DNA of 64,000 bases, taken from a virus. Position 1 is the stretch's first letter, and each line of letters starts with the position of its first letter. This document shows positions 9,395-17,854 of the stretch, piece after piece. Under the pieces are notes generated by a model. It saw only the letters and a list, made by a program, of their open reading frames with translations, searched no databases and had not been told where the DNA came from. Both the position numbers and the translations under genes were made by a program. The stretch lies in IMG/VR virus record IMGVR_UViG_3300045988_162372, one strand, 5' to 3'.

Positions 9395-9992
9395 AACTAA
9401 TTAACTTGCTTATTGTTTCATTTTCATCTTGGAACAAATCCATTAAACTATCAAAAGTATATTTACATTCCACATCCTCATTATAAGGAGTTTTTATTTT
9501 AATTGCGACTTTTCCTTCAGGAACATTGGACAATAGTTTAGGATTTGCAGTAATCATTATATCACACCTATCCCATACTTTATGAGAATCAACGGGAAAC
9601 AACATTTCCCTACATCTGCATCCTATTTTTGAAAGAAAAGCATAAGTAGCTTGGATTGTCAATCCTATTTCAAACGGACTGAATAGGAAAATTTCAGGAA
9701 TGTCTCCTTCATCAAAGTCTCTCATAGTATTCTGTAACCAGTCACTGAAACGATACGGAAGCATCTTGTCCATAGGTTCTGCACGGGCATAAAGTTCGTA
9801 AGCATAATCATTATATCTGAAATTATTGAAATCTGCTCTATTTTCAAATTCAAAAACATCACACAAATCAAATGATTTTACATCTGAAACTTTAATATCA
9901 CAATCAGGATCAATGGCTTTTTTATAACATACTATAAATTGTGCCAAATTATCCCTTAGAGTATCGTTTATGTCAATAGCTATTTTTTTCAT
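9378..9992 (-). CDS. HAD / 5'(3')-deoxyribonucleotidase (NT5C)-like protein with atypical catalytic motifs
   Basis: MKKIAIDINDTLRDNLAQF resembles NT5C motif I (iavDmDgVLadf) but reads D-x-N rather than D-x-D. The C-terminal KVWDRCDIMITANPKLL sits where NT5C has ...lIDDxp.nl. Confidence 0.35.
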   Translation of the reverse strand: MKKIAIDINDTLRDNLAQFIVCYKKAIDPDCDIKVSDVKSFDLCDVFEFENRADFNNFRYNDYAYELYARAEPMDKMLPYRFSDWLQNTMRDFDEGDIPEIFLFSPFEIGLTIQATYAFLSKIGCRCREMLFPVDSHKVWDRCDIMITANPKLLSNVPEGKVAIKIKTPYNEDVECKYTFDSLMDLFQDENETISKLISFEYDK

Positions 9993-9995
9993 CTC

Positions 9996-10457
9996 TTATC
10001 TATCGTATTGTATTTCTATTTGTTTATTATCCTTGTCAACATATACGAGTCTTGGATAAGCATATTGAAGATTAGCCTTAAAACCACAACTACATTCATG
10101 TTTTGCAATAGTTTGTCTTGTGTAAGGATTACAATATAGCTTATGACTGCATCTTAATTCCTTTCCACATTTAGGGCAATATGCATGGATTAAATAAGCG
10201 TCTATTTTTTCACTTGAGAGAAGACCCTGTTCATCCATTTGTTTATCTGAAATCGTAGGATACTCCCGATGGAATTTATTAGCCATATCATTAGGGTCAT
10301 TTCTTAATTCGTCCAACTTTTTGGCATATTCATCCTTACTAAAATCAGAGGCAAATTGTTTTACCAACTCATCATCGTTATTTGAAACGACTTCATGGTT
10401 TTCATTCTGTTTATCAGCTTCAAACTGCTTCATATATTCTTCTAAAATGCTTCCCAT
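9996..10457 (-). CDS. hypothetical Zn-ribbon protein
   Basis: CPKCGKELRC ... HECSCG (four-Cys arrangement). Confidence 0.5.
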   Translation of the reverse strand: MGSILEEYMKQFEADKQNENHEVVSNNDDELVKQFASDFSKDEYAKKLDELRNDPNDMANKFHREYPTISDKQMDEQGLLSSEKIDAYLIHAYCPKCGKELRCSHKLYCNPYTRQTIAKHECSCGFKANLQYAYPRLVYVDKDNKQIEIQYDR

Positions 10458-10533
10458 TTTTTGTATTTATAGATTAATTTATAATTTTGTATATATTTAT
10501 AATAATATGTGTTTGTGATAAAATCAAGTCTTT

Positions 10534-11052
10534 TTATTTCCAAGTAACCTCTTTTTCGTTACCATTTTTATCATAATATGAAAACCAAAATTCTTTGGGT
10601 TCAAGAACAATAAGTTTATCCAATACATCTTTTGTGTATTTCTCAGCAACACCGTGTTTTACATAAGCAATAGTTGCATGGGGATGATATTCCTTATAGT
10701 CGGAATGAGTTGGATATTTGTCAGTAATAGCCTTATAAGAATTAAACAAAGGTATCGAACTTGCATCACACTTCAATACTTCAAAATCAGGATTATCAAA
10801 TGAAGATATGTTAGTAAGAAATGTTTGGTATTTATCCAAAGGCTCAAGCATATCTTTAAGCTTATTCAAATCGACATCATTATCAAGACAAGGAACAAGT
10901 GTAACATGAGTATCTGTTTCTATACCGTAACCGCTTCTACTGTCATCTCCATAATACAAATCATCTTCAGAAAGTTGTTCTTGTATGTCCTTAATAATAT
11001 CAGGCGTATTAAACCTAATCATTAAAAAAGCGTATTTCTTTTTATCTGCCAT
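10534..11052 (-). CDS. 2H phosphoesterase superfamily protein (LigT/CPDase-like; possible Acb1-like cyclic-nucleotide phosphodiesterase)
   Basis: Two H-x-T motifs at the expected spacing: TDT-H49-V-T51-LV and YHP-H125-A-T127-IAYV. Confidence 0.7.
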   Translation of the reverse strand: MADKKKYAFLMIRFNTPDIIKDIQEQLSEDDLYYGDDSRSGYGIETDTHVTLVPCLDNDVDLNKLKDMLEPLDKYQTFLTNISSFDNPDFEVLKCDASSIPLFNSYKAITDKYPTHSDYKEYHPHATIAYVKHGVAEKYTKDVLDKLIVLEPKEFWFSYYDKNGNEKEVTWK

Positions 11053-11071
11053 GTTATAAAATTATTATGTA

Positions 11072-12199
11072 TTATTTAAGACTTTCTATTTCAGCTTGTT
11101 CTTTCAGGTATTTTCTAAGACAATCACGGCAAAGCAGTTTTCCATATGTTTGTTCAGCAATCTGCATATCCATATATTCAGTTGTTTCAGAATCAGAAAT
11201 ATCATCACTATCATCATCAATATCTTTTCCTTGTGTGGGATTCAAGTCATCAATGGATGACGGGTCATAATATACTTCCTTTCCACATCTTTCGCATACA
11301 TATTTCTCTGCAAAATTATCAGTAAGGTCAAGTACACGTTCCTTTCTCTCATGGTTAGCATATTTATCAGCCATTTCTTTATTGTAGAACTGCTTAATCA
11401 TATCTTCACCATTTATAACAATATCAGCACTAAACCTTAAAATATAATCACCATCAAACTCCAATACCTTTTCAAACGAAAGGTTATTGAATTCAAACTG
11501 TATCATATCATTCAATTTGTACGCATGAAGTGTCGTAAATGCAACGGATATAATATCTAAAATATCAGATTTAATACCTTTATCCCTAATATTTTCAACT
11601 TCCCTTACAAAACCTTTTGAGATGAATACCTTATCATCAGGATATATGCTTACATAAAAATCAAGTTTAACAGTTTTTCCTGGGTATTTTTCAAATACGA
11701 CAAGTTTTTTGGTAAATTCTTCTATTTTATAACGTGGAAAGAAATTCCTTTTTACGTTCAAGGTATAACTCTTCTTAGGCTCAACATAGATTAAATGTTC
11801 ATCCTTGTAAAATGCATCTTTTAACCCATCATTAACACCTTCAATATTTCTTTCGTTAGGCTGAATGGTAATTACATTTAGATTTTCTGAATTTTCAAAC
11901 TTTACAAATTTACTGTCATATTTTTCATCCATTTTCTTTGCCAACGTAGGCGAGAAATACTCATAATGTTTTGCCTCCCTATCCACTGTATAAGTTCTGT
12001 ATCTAAGTTCTTTCACCTCTTGTGTCAATTCACCTTTAAGGAGAGCTTTTGAAACTCTATGCGACCCCACTTCCTGATTAACTGAAATCATATTGTCATG
12101 ACTTGAACCAAGTTGTGTGAATATTTCGTTTTCTGTATTTTTAAGACCGAACATTAATCCAGTCCATACATTATTTATCTTATCTTTAATTTTTCCCAT
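11072..12199 (-). CDS. hypothetical protein with C-terminal split Zn ribbon and acidic insert
   Basis: CERCGK ... DDDSDDISDSETTE ... CRDC near the C-terminus. Confidence 0.5.
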   Translation of the reverse strand: MGKIKDKINNVWTGLMFGLKNTENEIFTQLGSSHDNMISVNQEVGSHRVSKALLKGELTQEVKELRYRTYTVDREAKHYEYFSPTLAKKMDEKYDSKFVKFENSENLNVITIQPNERNIEGVNDGLKDAFYKDEHLIYVEPKKSYTLNVKRNFFPRYKIEEFTKKLVVFEKYPGKTVKLDFYVSIYPDDKVFISKGFVREVENIRDKGIKSDILDIISVAFTTLHAYKLNDMIQFEFNNLSFEKVLEFDGDYILRFSADIVINGEDMIKQFYNKEMADKYANHERKERVLDLTDNFAEKYVCERCGKEVYYDPSSIDDLNPTQGKDIDDDSDDISDSETTEYMDMQIAEQTYGKLLCRDCLRKYLKEQAEIESLK

Positions 12200-12202
12200 A
12201 GT

Positions 12203-12403
12203 TTATTCTAACTCAATATCCTTTATTCTTTTATCAATTTCATTTTCAAATTGAGTTTTTATAGTAAATAATTCTGAACGTACATCAAATTTATCTTTAT
12301 TTCCACCATTAATTTCAATATCAATATTTAATCTTTTAATTTTCTCATTAATAAGGTCAAAATAAGCCTTCAATTCCATTATTGACAATTCACTGATTTT
12401 CAT
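12203..12403 (-). CDS. small coiled-coil protein
   Basis: 66-aa ORF starting 4 nt after the upstream stop. Confidence 0.4.
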   Translation of the reverse strand: MKISELSIMELKAYFDLINEKIKRLNIDIEINGGNKDKFDVRSELFTIKTQFENEIDKRIKDIELE

Positions 12404-12468
12404 TTGAATAAATTATATTATATAGAAATTATTATTAATTCAATATAATAATAGACATATAAAAAATC

Positions 12469-12502
12469 AAGGTGGCATTCCTTGTAAGAGAAACACCACC
12501 TT
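12469..12502 (-). terminator. weak hairpin terminator after the GMP reductase gene
   Basis: aaggtgg / ccacctt 7-bp stem with a 20-nt loop, followed on the minus strand by a T-run (plus strand aaaaaa 12461..12466). Confidence 0.35.
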
Positions 12503-12531
12503 AGAAAAAATAAATTTAGGAATAACAAAAA

Positions 12532-13551
12532 TTATTTATTTACACTTTCTTGCGTGTTTTTAGAAATAACAACACAATCAACAAATTCAGGACAAAAATG
12601 TTCAATATCTGTTACATTCGTATAACTCATTGCGGAACGAAGATAGCTTTCCATATTTTCAACCCATGTGTTTAAATGTGTTGTAATGGGTAAATACTTA
12701 GTAATGCCTTCTGCGGTCTTTGTTTTCTTTCCGTTTATTACAATCTGTCCTTGCTTTGAAGCCATACCATAAATTTCCTTACATTTAACACCATCAACCT
12801 TAATTGTTTTAGCACAACTTTCATGTAATGACGCAAACAGGCTTCCAATCATTACATAATCAGCTCCCAATGCCAATGCTTTGATTACATCAGAATAATT
12901 ACGAATACCACCATCTGCAATGATATAAGGAAGTTTAGTACCCATAGAATCAGACAATAGTTGCAGACTCTGTTTAATTTCAAATACATCATTAATCAAT
13001 GAAGCCATAGGGTAATGGATAGACGTATTTGACGAAGTAATGCAGCATCCGCCACTACCAATTCCTACTCTAATATACTGTACACCAGCATTATAAGCAA
13101 CCTTATATGTTTCGGGATTTGCAATATTGCCAACCATAACAATGATATTATCTCCGTGAATTTTTTTAGCTTTCATAACATAATCATACATTAAATTCAT
13201 ATGCCCGTTGGCGATATCAATTAATGCCTTTGCAGGAGAATTAAACTTACCATATTCATTACAGAAACATTCATAGAATTCGTGAAGAGAATATGCAGAC
13301 CATCCACCAGAACAAGAATTGCCGTATCTCACGGTTATGTCAATGTTTCTCGGAAGAATTGCATTTATCTTGTTACTCTCAAACAAATGATAATTAAATT
13401 CATCTACAACACTGCTCATAGGCGCGGTAAATATAGGCAATTTACCATTTTCTTTATAAACATTGCATTCATCTCTATGTTCGATATATGAAACCTTTGC
13501 AGGTTTTACCATGATATCATTGTATGAATAAAGTGTCTTATCTAATAGCAT
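12532..13551 (-). CDS. guaC: GMP reductase (GuaC-type; IMPDH/GMPR family without CBS domains)
   Basis: Block-for-block similarity to E. coli GuaC as I recall it: IDIANGHMNLMYDYV (IDVANGYSEHFVQFV), VGNIANPETYKVAYNAGVQYIRVGIGSGGCCITSS (AGNVVTGEM...VKVGIGPGSVCTTR), IIADGGIRNYSDVIKALALGADYVMIGSLFA, YGMAS, AEGITKYLP. 339 aa fits GMPR size. Confidence 0.75.
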   Translation of the reverse strand: MLLDKTLYSYNDIMVKPAKVSYIEHRDECNVYKENGKLPIFTAPMSSVVDEFNYHLFESNKINAILPRNIDITVRYGNSCSGGWSAYSLHEFYECFCNEYGKFNSPAKALIDIANGHMNLMYDYVMKAKKIHGDNIIVMVGNIANPETYKVAYNAGVQYIRVGIGSGGCCITSSNTSIHYPMASLINDVFEIKQSLQLLSDSMGTKLPYIIADGGIRNYSDVIKALALGADYVMIGSLFASLHESCAKTIKVDGVKCKEIYGMASKQGQIVINGKKTKTAEGITKYLPITTHLNTWVENMESYLRSAMSYTNVTDIEHFCPEFVDCVVISKNTQESVNK

Positions 13552-13574
13552 AATAACATTATTTTTTAAAATTT

Positions 13575-14138
13575 CTATTTAACACCAGTACTGCCAAACC
13601 CATCAAGATTACGTGATTCGTTACTTTCAACTTCTTCTACTTGTTGCATATTCACTAATTCTTTACAATAAACAGGCATCAACACAGCTTGTGCAATTCT
13701 ATCCCCTGACGTGATTACAATGTCTTTCTTTGAAAGATTTACAGCAATAATACAAACCTCATTGACATAATTTGAATCTACAGTACCAGGAGTATTGAGT
13801 ACAGACAAACCGTGCTTCAATGCCATTCCGCTCCTTGGTCTTACTTGTATTTCACAATTTTCGGGAATGTTAAAATACAAGCCAGTATGAATAAGTTTTC
13901 TTTCAAGCGATTTTAATGTAATAGTGTATTTTCCTTCTTTTTTATCCAACTTTGCATTTTCGTCGCTTTCAGTAATATAAGCCCGTAAATCAAAACCACT
14001 ATCACCGCTATGTGCGTATTCTGGATTAGGATTATCAGACTTATTGACAAATTGCAAAATTTGAACGTCTGGCATATAGTTGTCAGGTTTATCATATATG
14101 CCACCTCTCATAAACATAGGTATCTTTCCAAATGTCAT
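13575..14138 (-). CDS. dut: dUTP diphosphatase (trimeric dUTPase)
   Basis: Motifs GDSGFDLRA, RPRSGMALKHG, GTVDSNY, GDRIAQAVL, C-terminal RNLDGFGSTG. About 45 aa of N-terminal extension, so the start is uncertain. Confidence 0.9.
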   Translation of the reverse strand: MTFGKIPMFMRGGIYDKPDNYMPDVQILQFVNKSDNPNPEYAHSGDSGFDLRAYITESDENAKLDKKEGKYTITLKSLERKLIHTGLYFNIPENCEIQVRPRSGMALKHGLSVLNTPGTVDSNYVNEVCIIAVNLSKKDIVITSGDRIAQAVLMPVYCKELVNMQQVEEVESNESRNLDGFGSTGVK

Positions 14139-14180
14139 ATTAAATTATATATATTATTGATAATTAATTATTCATCATTG

Positions 14181-14211
14181 CAAAGATACAATTTTTTTAT
14201 TAAAAAACAAA
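14181..14211 (-). promoter_or_regulatory. Bacteroidota sigma-A type promoter upstream of dut
   Basis: Minus-strand TTTG (14211..14208), 19 nt, TATCTTTG (14188..14181). The -7 box lies 42 nt upstream of ATG 14138. Confidence 0.6.
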
Positions 14212-14218
14212 ATAAAAT

Positions 14219-14242
14219 GGGATGTATTCGCTAATACACCCC
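14219..14242 (-). terminator. hairpin terminator after 14317..15000
   Basis: gggatgtatt cgct aatacacccc (one mismatch) followed by a T-rich run on the minus strand. Confidence 0.5.
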
Positions 14243-14316
14243 CTAATTAAATTATTGTTTAGCACAATGTACTTGACCAACAACGTGAAATAGCAATTTC
14301 ATTTGTTAATTATAAA

Positions 14317-15000
14317 TTATGATTTTCTTTTTTTATTTTTTCCAATATATTTCATCTGGCACTCAAATATGTTATTATCGCTATCAAGAAATAAGAATTT
14401 TTCTCCTAATTTCATTGCTTTTAACGAACTATTACTTCCATAACTTAAATTTTCATTAACCATCCCCTTTTTCAATTCATTTATCTTCTTATCAACAACA
14501 CTTTCAACAATGGTTTTTATTAACTCATAATCAACATTTACAGACAATGGAGTAGCATTATTATTTCCTTGTACTTCATTCAACTCTTGTCTATCTTGTT
14601 TTTCGAGCTTTTCTTGGATTTCATAAGAACGATTAAAACTATTAGGTAATGTTTGTTTTAATTTTTCTGTAAAAGCATCCATTTTAGGGTCAACGACAGT
14701 CATATCCAACGGGTTTGCTGCAATAGATTCGATAATTTGTCTTGGCAATTTGGAATGACTATAATCAATAGAGCCTCCATGTTCTCTTCTCTCTTTAATT
14801 CGTTTCATTTCCTCGTGAGGGTCATATCCGCTGGTTTTTTCAACCTCTCCATATACAGCCTTGTCTATATCATCCAAATTTCCGACAATAGGAGAATTGG
14901 ATGAAACAGTTCTTGCTTGTTTATGCTGAACGGCTTTTATACCGTTTTCCATTATCTGTTTCTGTTCTTTTGACAGAGCTAACTTTTCTTCAAGTGTCAT
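14317..15000 (-). CDS. hypothetical protein
   Basis: 227-aa ORF; no motif recognised. Confidence 0.5.
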   Translation of the reverse strand: MTLEEKLALSKEQKQIMENGIKAVQHKQARTVSSNSPIVGNLDDIDKAVYGEVEKTSGYDPHEEMKRIKERREHGGSIDYSHSKLPRQIIESIAANPLDMTVVDPKMDAFTEKLKQTLPNSFNRSYEIQEKLEKQDRQELNEVQGNNNATPLSVNVDYELIKTIVESVVDKKINELKKGMVNENLSYGSNSSLKAMKLGEKFLFLDSDNNIFECQMKYIGKNKKRKS

Positions 15001-15059
15001 ACTGTTTATATTAATTTATATGAGTTAATATATATTTAATATTCGGTAAAATCAATAAA

Positions 15060-15947
15060 TTATCTTCTCGGTATTTTACTTAAATCAATTTTCAAAGGAT
15101 TATCCAATTGTTGTCTTAATCTATCCATTCTTCTTTCCGTATCAGTTTTGTACAAATCATTATTACTATTCGTTTGATTATTTAAATTCTGATTACGCTT
15201 GGCCAACATATTTTGTAAATCCCTTATACTGATAGGTTCAGGCTGTTGATTGCTTTTGGCATTATTAGTTTTGTCAGAAGAAGTTGGTTCCGATTTTTGT
15301 CTAGGCCCAGATTGAGTTTGAACACTATTATTGGTATTGTATTGTCTAAAACCTTGTTTGGTTTTTATATCAGACAGTTTAATAGGATTACTCAACTGTT
15401 GTTTCAACCTTTCCATACGTTTCTCAGTATCAGTCTTAAATACATCATTGCTATTATTTCTTGCATTTTGCATTTGCTGATTATTCGTATTGGATTGGCC
15501 CTTCATTCTCGGAGAAGAATGATTAATAGGTTTGGTAATTTCATTGTTATCATTGTCATTACCAAATTTGGCGATTTTATAAACAACACTCATAGTATTG
15601 TCGCCATCAGGATTAAACTCACCCAAACCTTTGTAATAATTGTTTGCAGGTTCAGTAAAGATTTGTTTCGTAGGTTTCCAATAAGATATTCTATCAAGTC
15701 TGAAAAATTTCCAACTTGGAACACGTGAAGTCGTGTCCCCATAAGGTTGAAAAGCACGTATAACAGGATTACCAGCTTTTGTTAAACCATAGGCATACAC
15801 CTCAATTATTCTTGCACCTGTAGCTATATCTTCGCCTTTTGTATGATAGTTTATGATAATACGGGTATGTGTGTCAATTGCATCATTAACTGAATTAATT
15901 GACACAGATTCACTTAATAATATTCTATTTATACCCTCTAACATCAT
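15060..15947 (-). CDS. hypothetical protein: WYL-like N-terminal domain plus two copies of a ~30-aa motif in N/Q/S-rich linkers
   Basis: N-terminus IIINYHTKGEDIATGARIIEVYAYGLTKAGNPVIRAFQPYGDTTSRVPSWKFFRLDRISYW resembles the WYL beta-barrel pattern. Repeats are DVFKTDTEKRMERLKQQLSNPIKLSDIK and DLYKTDTERRMDRLRQQLDNPLKIDLSK. Confidence 0.45.
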   Translation of the reverse strand: MMLEGINRILLSESVSINSVNDAIDTHTRIIINYHTKGEDIATGARIIEVYAYGLTKAGNPVIRAFQPYGDTTSRVPSWKFFRLDRISYWKPTKQIFTEPANNYYKGLGEFNPDGDNTMSVVYKIAKFGNDNDNNEITKPINHSSPRMKGQSNTNNQQMQNARNNSNDVFKTDTEKRMERLKQQLSNPIKLSDIKTKQGFRQYNTNNSVQTQSGPRQKSEPTSSDKTNNAKSNQQPEPISIRDLQNMLAKRNQNLNNQTNSNNDLYKTDTERRMDRLRQQLDNPLKIDLSKIPRR

Positions 15948-15971
15948 AAGACATTTAATTTATTTACACTA

Positions 15972-16337
15972 TTATGGTACTTGGTATTGTCCTTCTAATA
16001 CATTAGCACTGGTATCTACCAATTTAGCAGAATATTGATATGTAGGATTATACAAACTACGACCCATAGCAGTACTTCTTGCTTCATTATCAGCATCATT
16101 ACCTGCGCCACTATCAGGATCAGTATCAAAATTACTATAATTGAATACACCTAATGTGCCATTACAGTTAGGAAGCCAAAATGAATGCCCTCCATGTCCA
16201 GTACCCTTACCTTGCGCATCACCCGTTGCCAAAGCGTCAGGATGTTTACCAGAATATTGATTATATTGATTATAATCGCTTCTTACAATTTCCTCATGAC
16301 GTTCATCCATTGAACGTATTTCCAAACAACTTTGCAT
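15972..16337 (-). CDS. hypothetical protein (Gly/Asp-rich)
   Basis: 121-aa ORF preceded by the late-type motif at 16371..16379. Confidence 0.5.
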   Translation of the reverse strand: MQSCLEIRSMDERHEEIVRSDYNQYNQYSGKHPDALATGDAQGKGTGHGGHSFWLPNCNGTLGVFNYSNFDTDPDSGAGNDADNEARSTAMGRSLYNPTYQYSAKLVDTSANVLEGQYQVP

Positions 16338-16370
16338 TATATAGTCTTGTTATAAGTCTTTTATTTTATA

Positions 16371-16379
16371 ATAAATATC
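16371..16379 (-). promoter_or_regulatory. putative late promoter core (sense GATATTTAT)
   Basis: 33 nt upstream of ATG 16337. Confidence 0.45.
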
Positions 16380-16443
16380 ATTGAATTAGAAATATATTTC
16401 TTAAAAACAGCATAAGTCTTTATTAAATAAAAGATAACAGAAA

Positions 16444-16479
16444 GTTATATCCGAAGATATAGATAAATTCGGATATAAC
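16444..16479 (-). terminator. hairpin terminator after the tail tube gene
   Basis: Perfect 12-bp stem gttatatccgaa / ttcggatataac with a 12-nt loop. Confidence 0.6.
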
Positions 16480-16506
16480 ATAACCTCAATTATTTGACAA
16501 ATGTTA

Positions 16507-16995
16507 TTAGTAAGCTAAAATACAATATTGAGGACGCAAAGTTAATTCGATTGTTGCCAAACCGTCATCCTCATAAGAAAGATCTCCAAAGTTGGAGCTT
16601 ACAATTTGACAATTTTTGCATATCCACAAACTTACAGTAGTACCAGTTGGATCAAGCATTTGAAGTTGAACATCACGTTTATATGCAACAGCATAACCCA
16701 TACGACCTGTTACAGATTCGGCATGTAAACGTACCCATTCCATTACAGCTTGCGAGGCAGAAGGGCCAATCGGGTCTCTTAATGTAACATTTATTTGTTC
16801 CCAATTATATCTACCTGCTACCCAGTTTGATGTATTTAAGAAAGGAATTTCGGTTTCTCCAATTGATATATTAGGACGGACAGTATTGCTAACCCACCAT
16901 TCTTGTATACCTAAATCTGATGGAAAACGCATCAAAAATCTATTTTTTCTTAACGGTTCGTATTCAATAGGCGATTTTATCAATAAATCTTCCAT
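16507..16995 (-). CDS. tail tube protein (T4 gp19 family)
   Basis: RKNRFLMRF (T4 RPNLFQVEI), IPFLNTSNWVAGRYNWEQINVTLRDP (T4 ...NRKINVAGDRTFDDWTVTVMNDE), SLWICKNCQIVSSNFGDLSYEDDGLATIELTLRPQY (T4 GLWPTNVGELQLDWDSNNEIQTFEVTLALDY). Confidence 0.8.
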   Translation of the reverse strand: MEDLLIKSPIEYEPLRKNRFLMRFPSDLGIQEWWVSNTVRPNISIGETEIPFLNTSNWVAGRYNWEQINVTLRDPIGPSASQAVMEWVRLHAESVTGRMGYAVAYKRDVQLQMLDPTGTTVSLWICKNCQIVSSNFGDLSYEDDGLATIELTLRPQYCILAY

Positions 16996-17026
16996 TTTAA
17001 GTTTAATTAGCTATTTATTTTTATAA

Positions 17027-17035
17027 ATAAATATC
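17027..17035 (-). promoter_or_regulatory. putative late promoter core (sense GATATTTAT)
   Basis: 31 nt upstream of the tail tube ATG 16995. Confidence 0.45.
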
Positions 17036-17202
17036 AGAATTATTACTTTTGCAGCGGAATTACAATATTAAATATATAAATAAATGGATAGAAAAGAAAA
17101 TTGTCATTAAATTAAAAAGTATATGGTGACAATATTGATACATCAATAGAGAATTTTAGTAAGTTCCTGCCGATACCACAAGAGGCTGTAGTTATCTTAA
17201 AT

Positions 17203-17430
17203 GTGGGCATAACTTATCAAAAAAAAAAAACAGAAGACGATATTATTTCTTTTAACGAAGATAAACTACATATTAATAATATTATTCAACATACTAAAGA
17301 CATAATTCCTCCTTTTAAAATTGATATATGCCTTCCAGATTATAGTACAGCGATTGAATATAATGGATTAATATGGCATTCTGAAAATTTAGAAAAGAAA
17401 TACTATCATCTAAAGAAAAATCGAAGAATA
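17203..17430 (+). pseudogene. relic of a homing-endonuclease-like gene (nuclease core only; truncated)
   Basis: DDIISFNEDKLHINNIIQHTKDIIPPFKIDICLPDYSTAIEYNGLIWHSENLEKKYYHLKKN aligns with ICDFITSFGIKAEKHNRTIIKPNEIDILIPEKNIGIEYDGLIWHSEKYKVDSNYHIGKTN of 17963..19417. The Zn-ribbon modules and C-terminal domain are missing. The ORF tail runs antisense into the 17447..17821 gene. A 12-A homopolymer lies at 17219..17230. Confidence 0.6.
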
Positions 17431-17446
17431 CCAAAAGTAATGGAGA

Positions 17447-17821
17447 TTAAATGTCTCCATTACTTGTTTGTTTATTATCTTTACTTTCAAATGCCTTATC
17501 TACTATATTCCATACCTTTTTAAGTAGCTGATACTGTTCTGATGTAGGATTATCAGCAAGTTTTGCAATAGCTTGTAAAGCTAACTGACGTATTTTATTT
17601 ATAGTATCAGTTACATCAACTTCGCTTCCACTCTCTTCTGGGGCGGTTTCAACTTCTTCCTCTTCTTCATAACCATCATTAAATTCATCAGGTTTTTCAA
17701 AGTCCTCTTCATTAACATCAGAAAAAATCATATTCTCAACAGTTAATTTAGGTTTACTAAGCAATTGTTTCATTTCGCTGATAAGTTGCTTACTATCTAT
17801 ATTTTGTTTCTTCTTTTCCAT
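17447..17821 (-). CDS. small highly acidic protein
   Basis: 124 aa with FEKPDEFNDGYEEEEEVETAPEESGSEVDVTD. Late-type motif upstream. Confidence 0.55.
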   Translation of the reverse strand: MEKKKQNIDSKQLISEMKQLLSKPKLTVENMIFSDVNEEDFEKPDEFNDGYEEEEEVETAPEESGSEVDVTDTINKIRQLALQAIAKLADNPTSEQYQLLKKVWNIVDKAFESKDNKQTSNGDI

Positions 17822-17846
17822 ATTTGATAAAGTAGATTTATATATT

Positions 17847-17854
17847 ATAAATAT
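17847..17854 (-). promoter_or_regulatory. putative late promoter core (sense ATATTTAT)
   Basis: 25 nt upstream of ATG 17821. Confidence 0.4.

Noticed and set aside
17219-17230. 12-A tract as a programmed slippery site
   Set aside because: It lies in a decayed gene relic with several other disruptions. No downstream frame restores a full-length protein.
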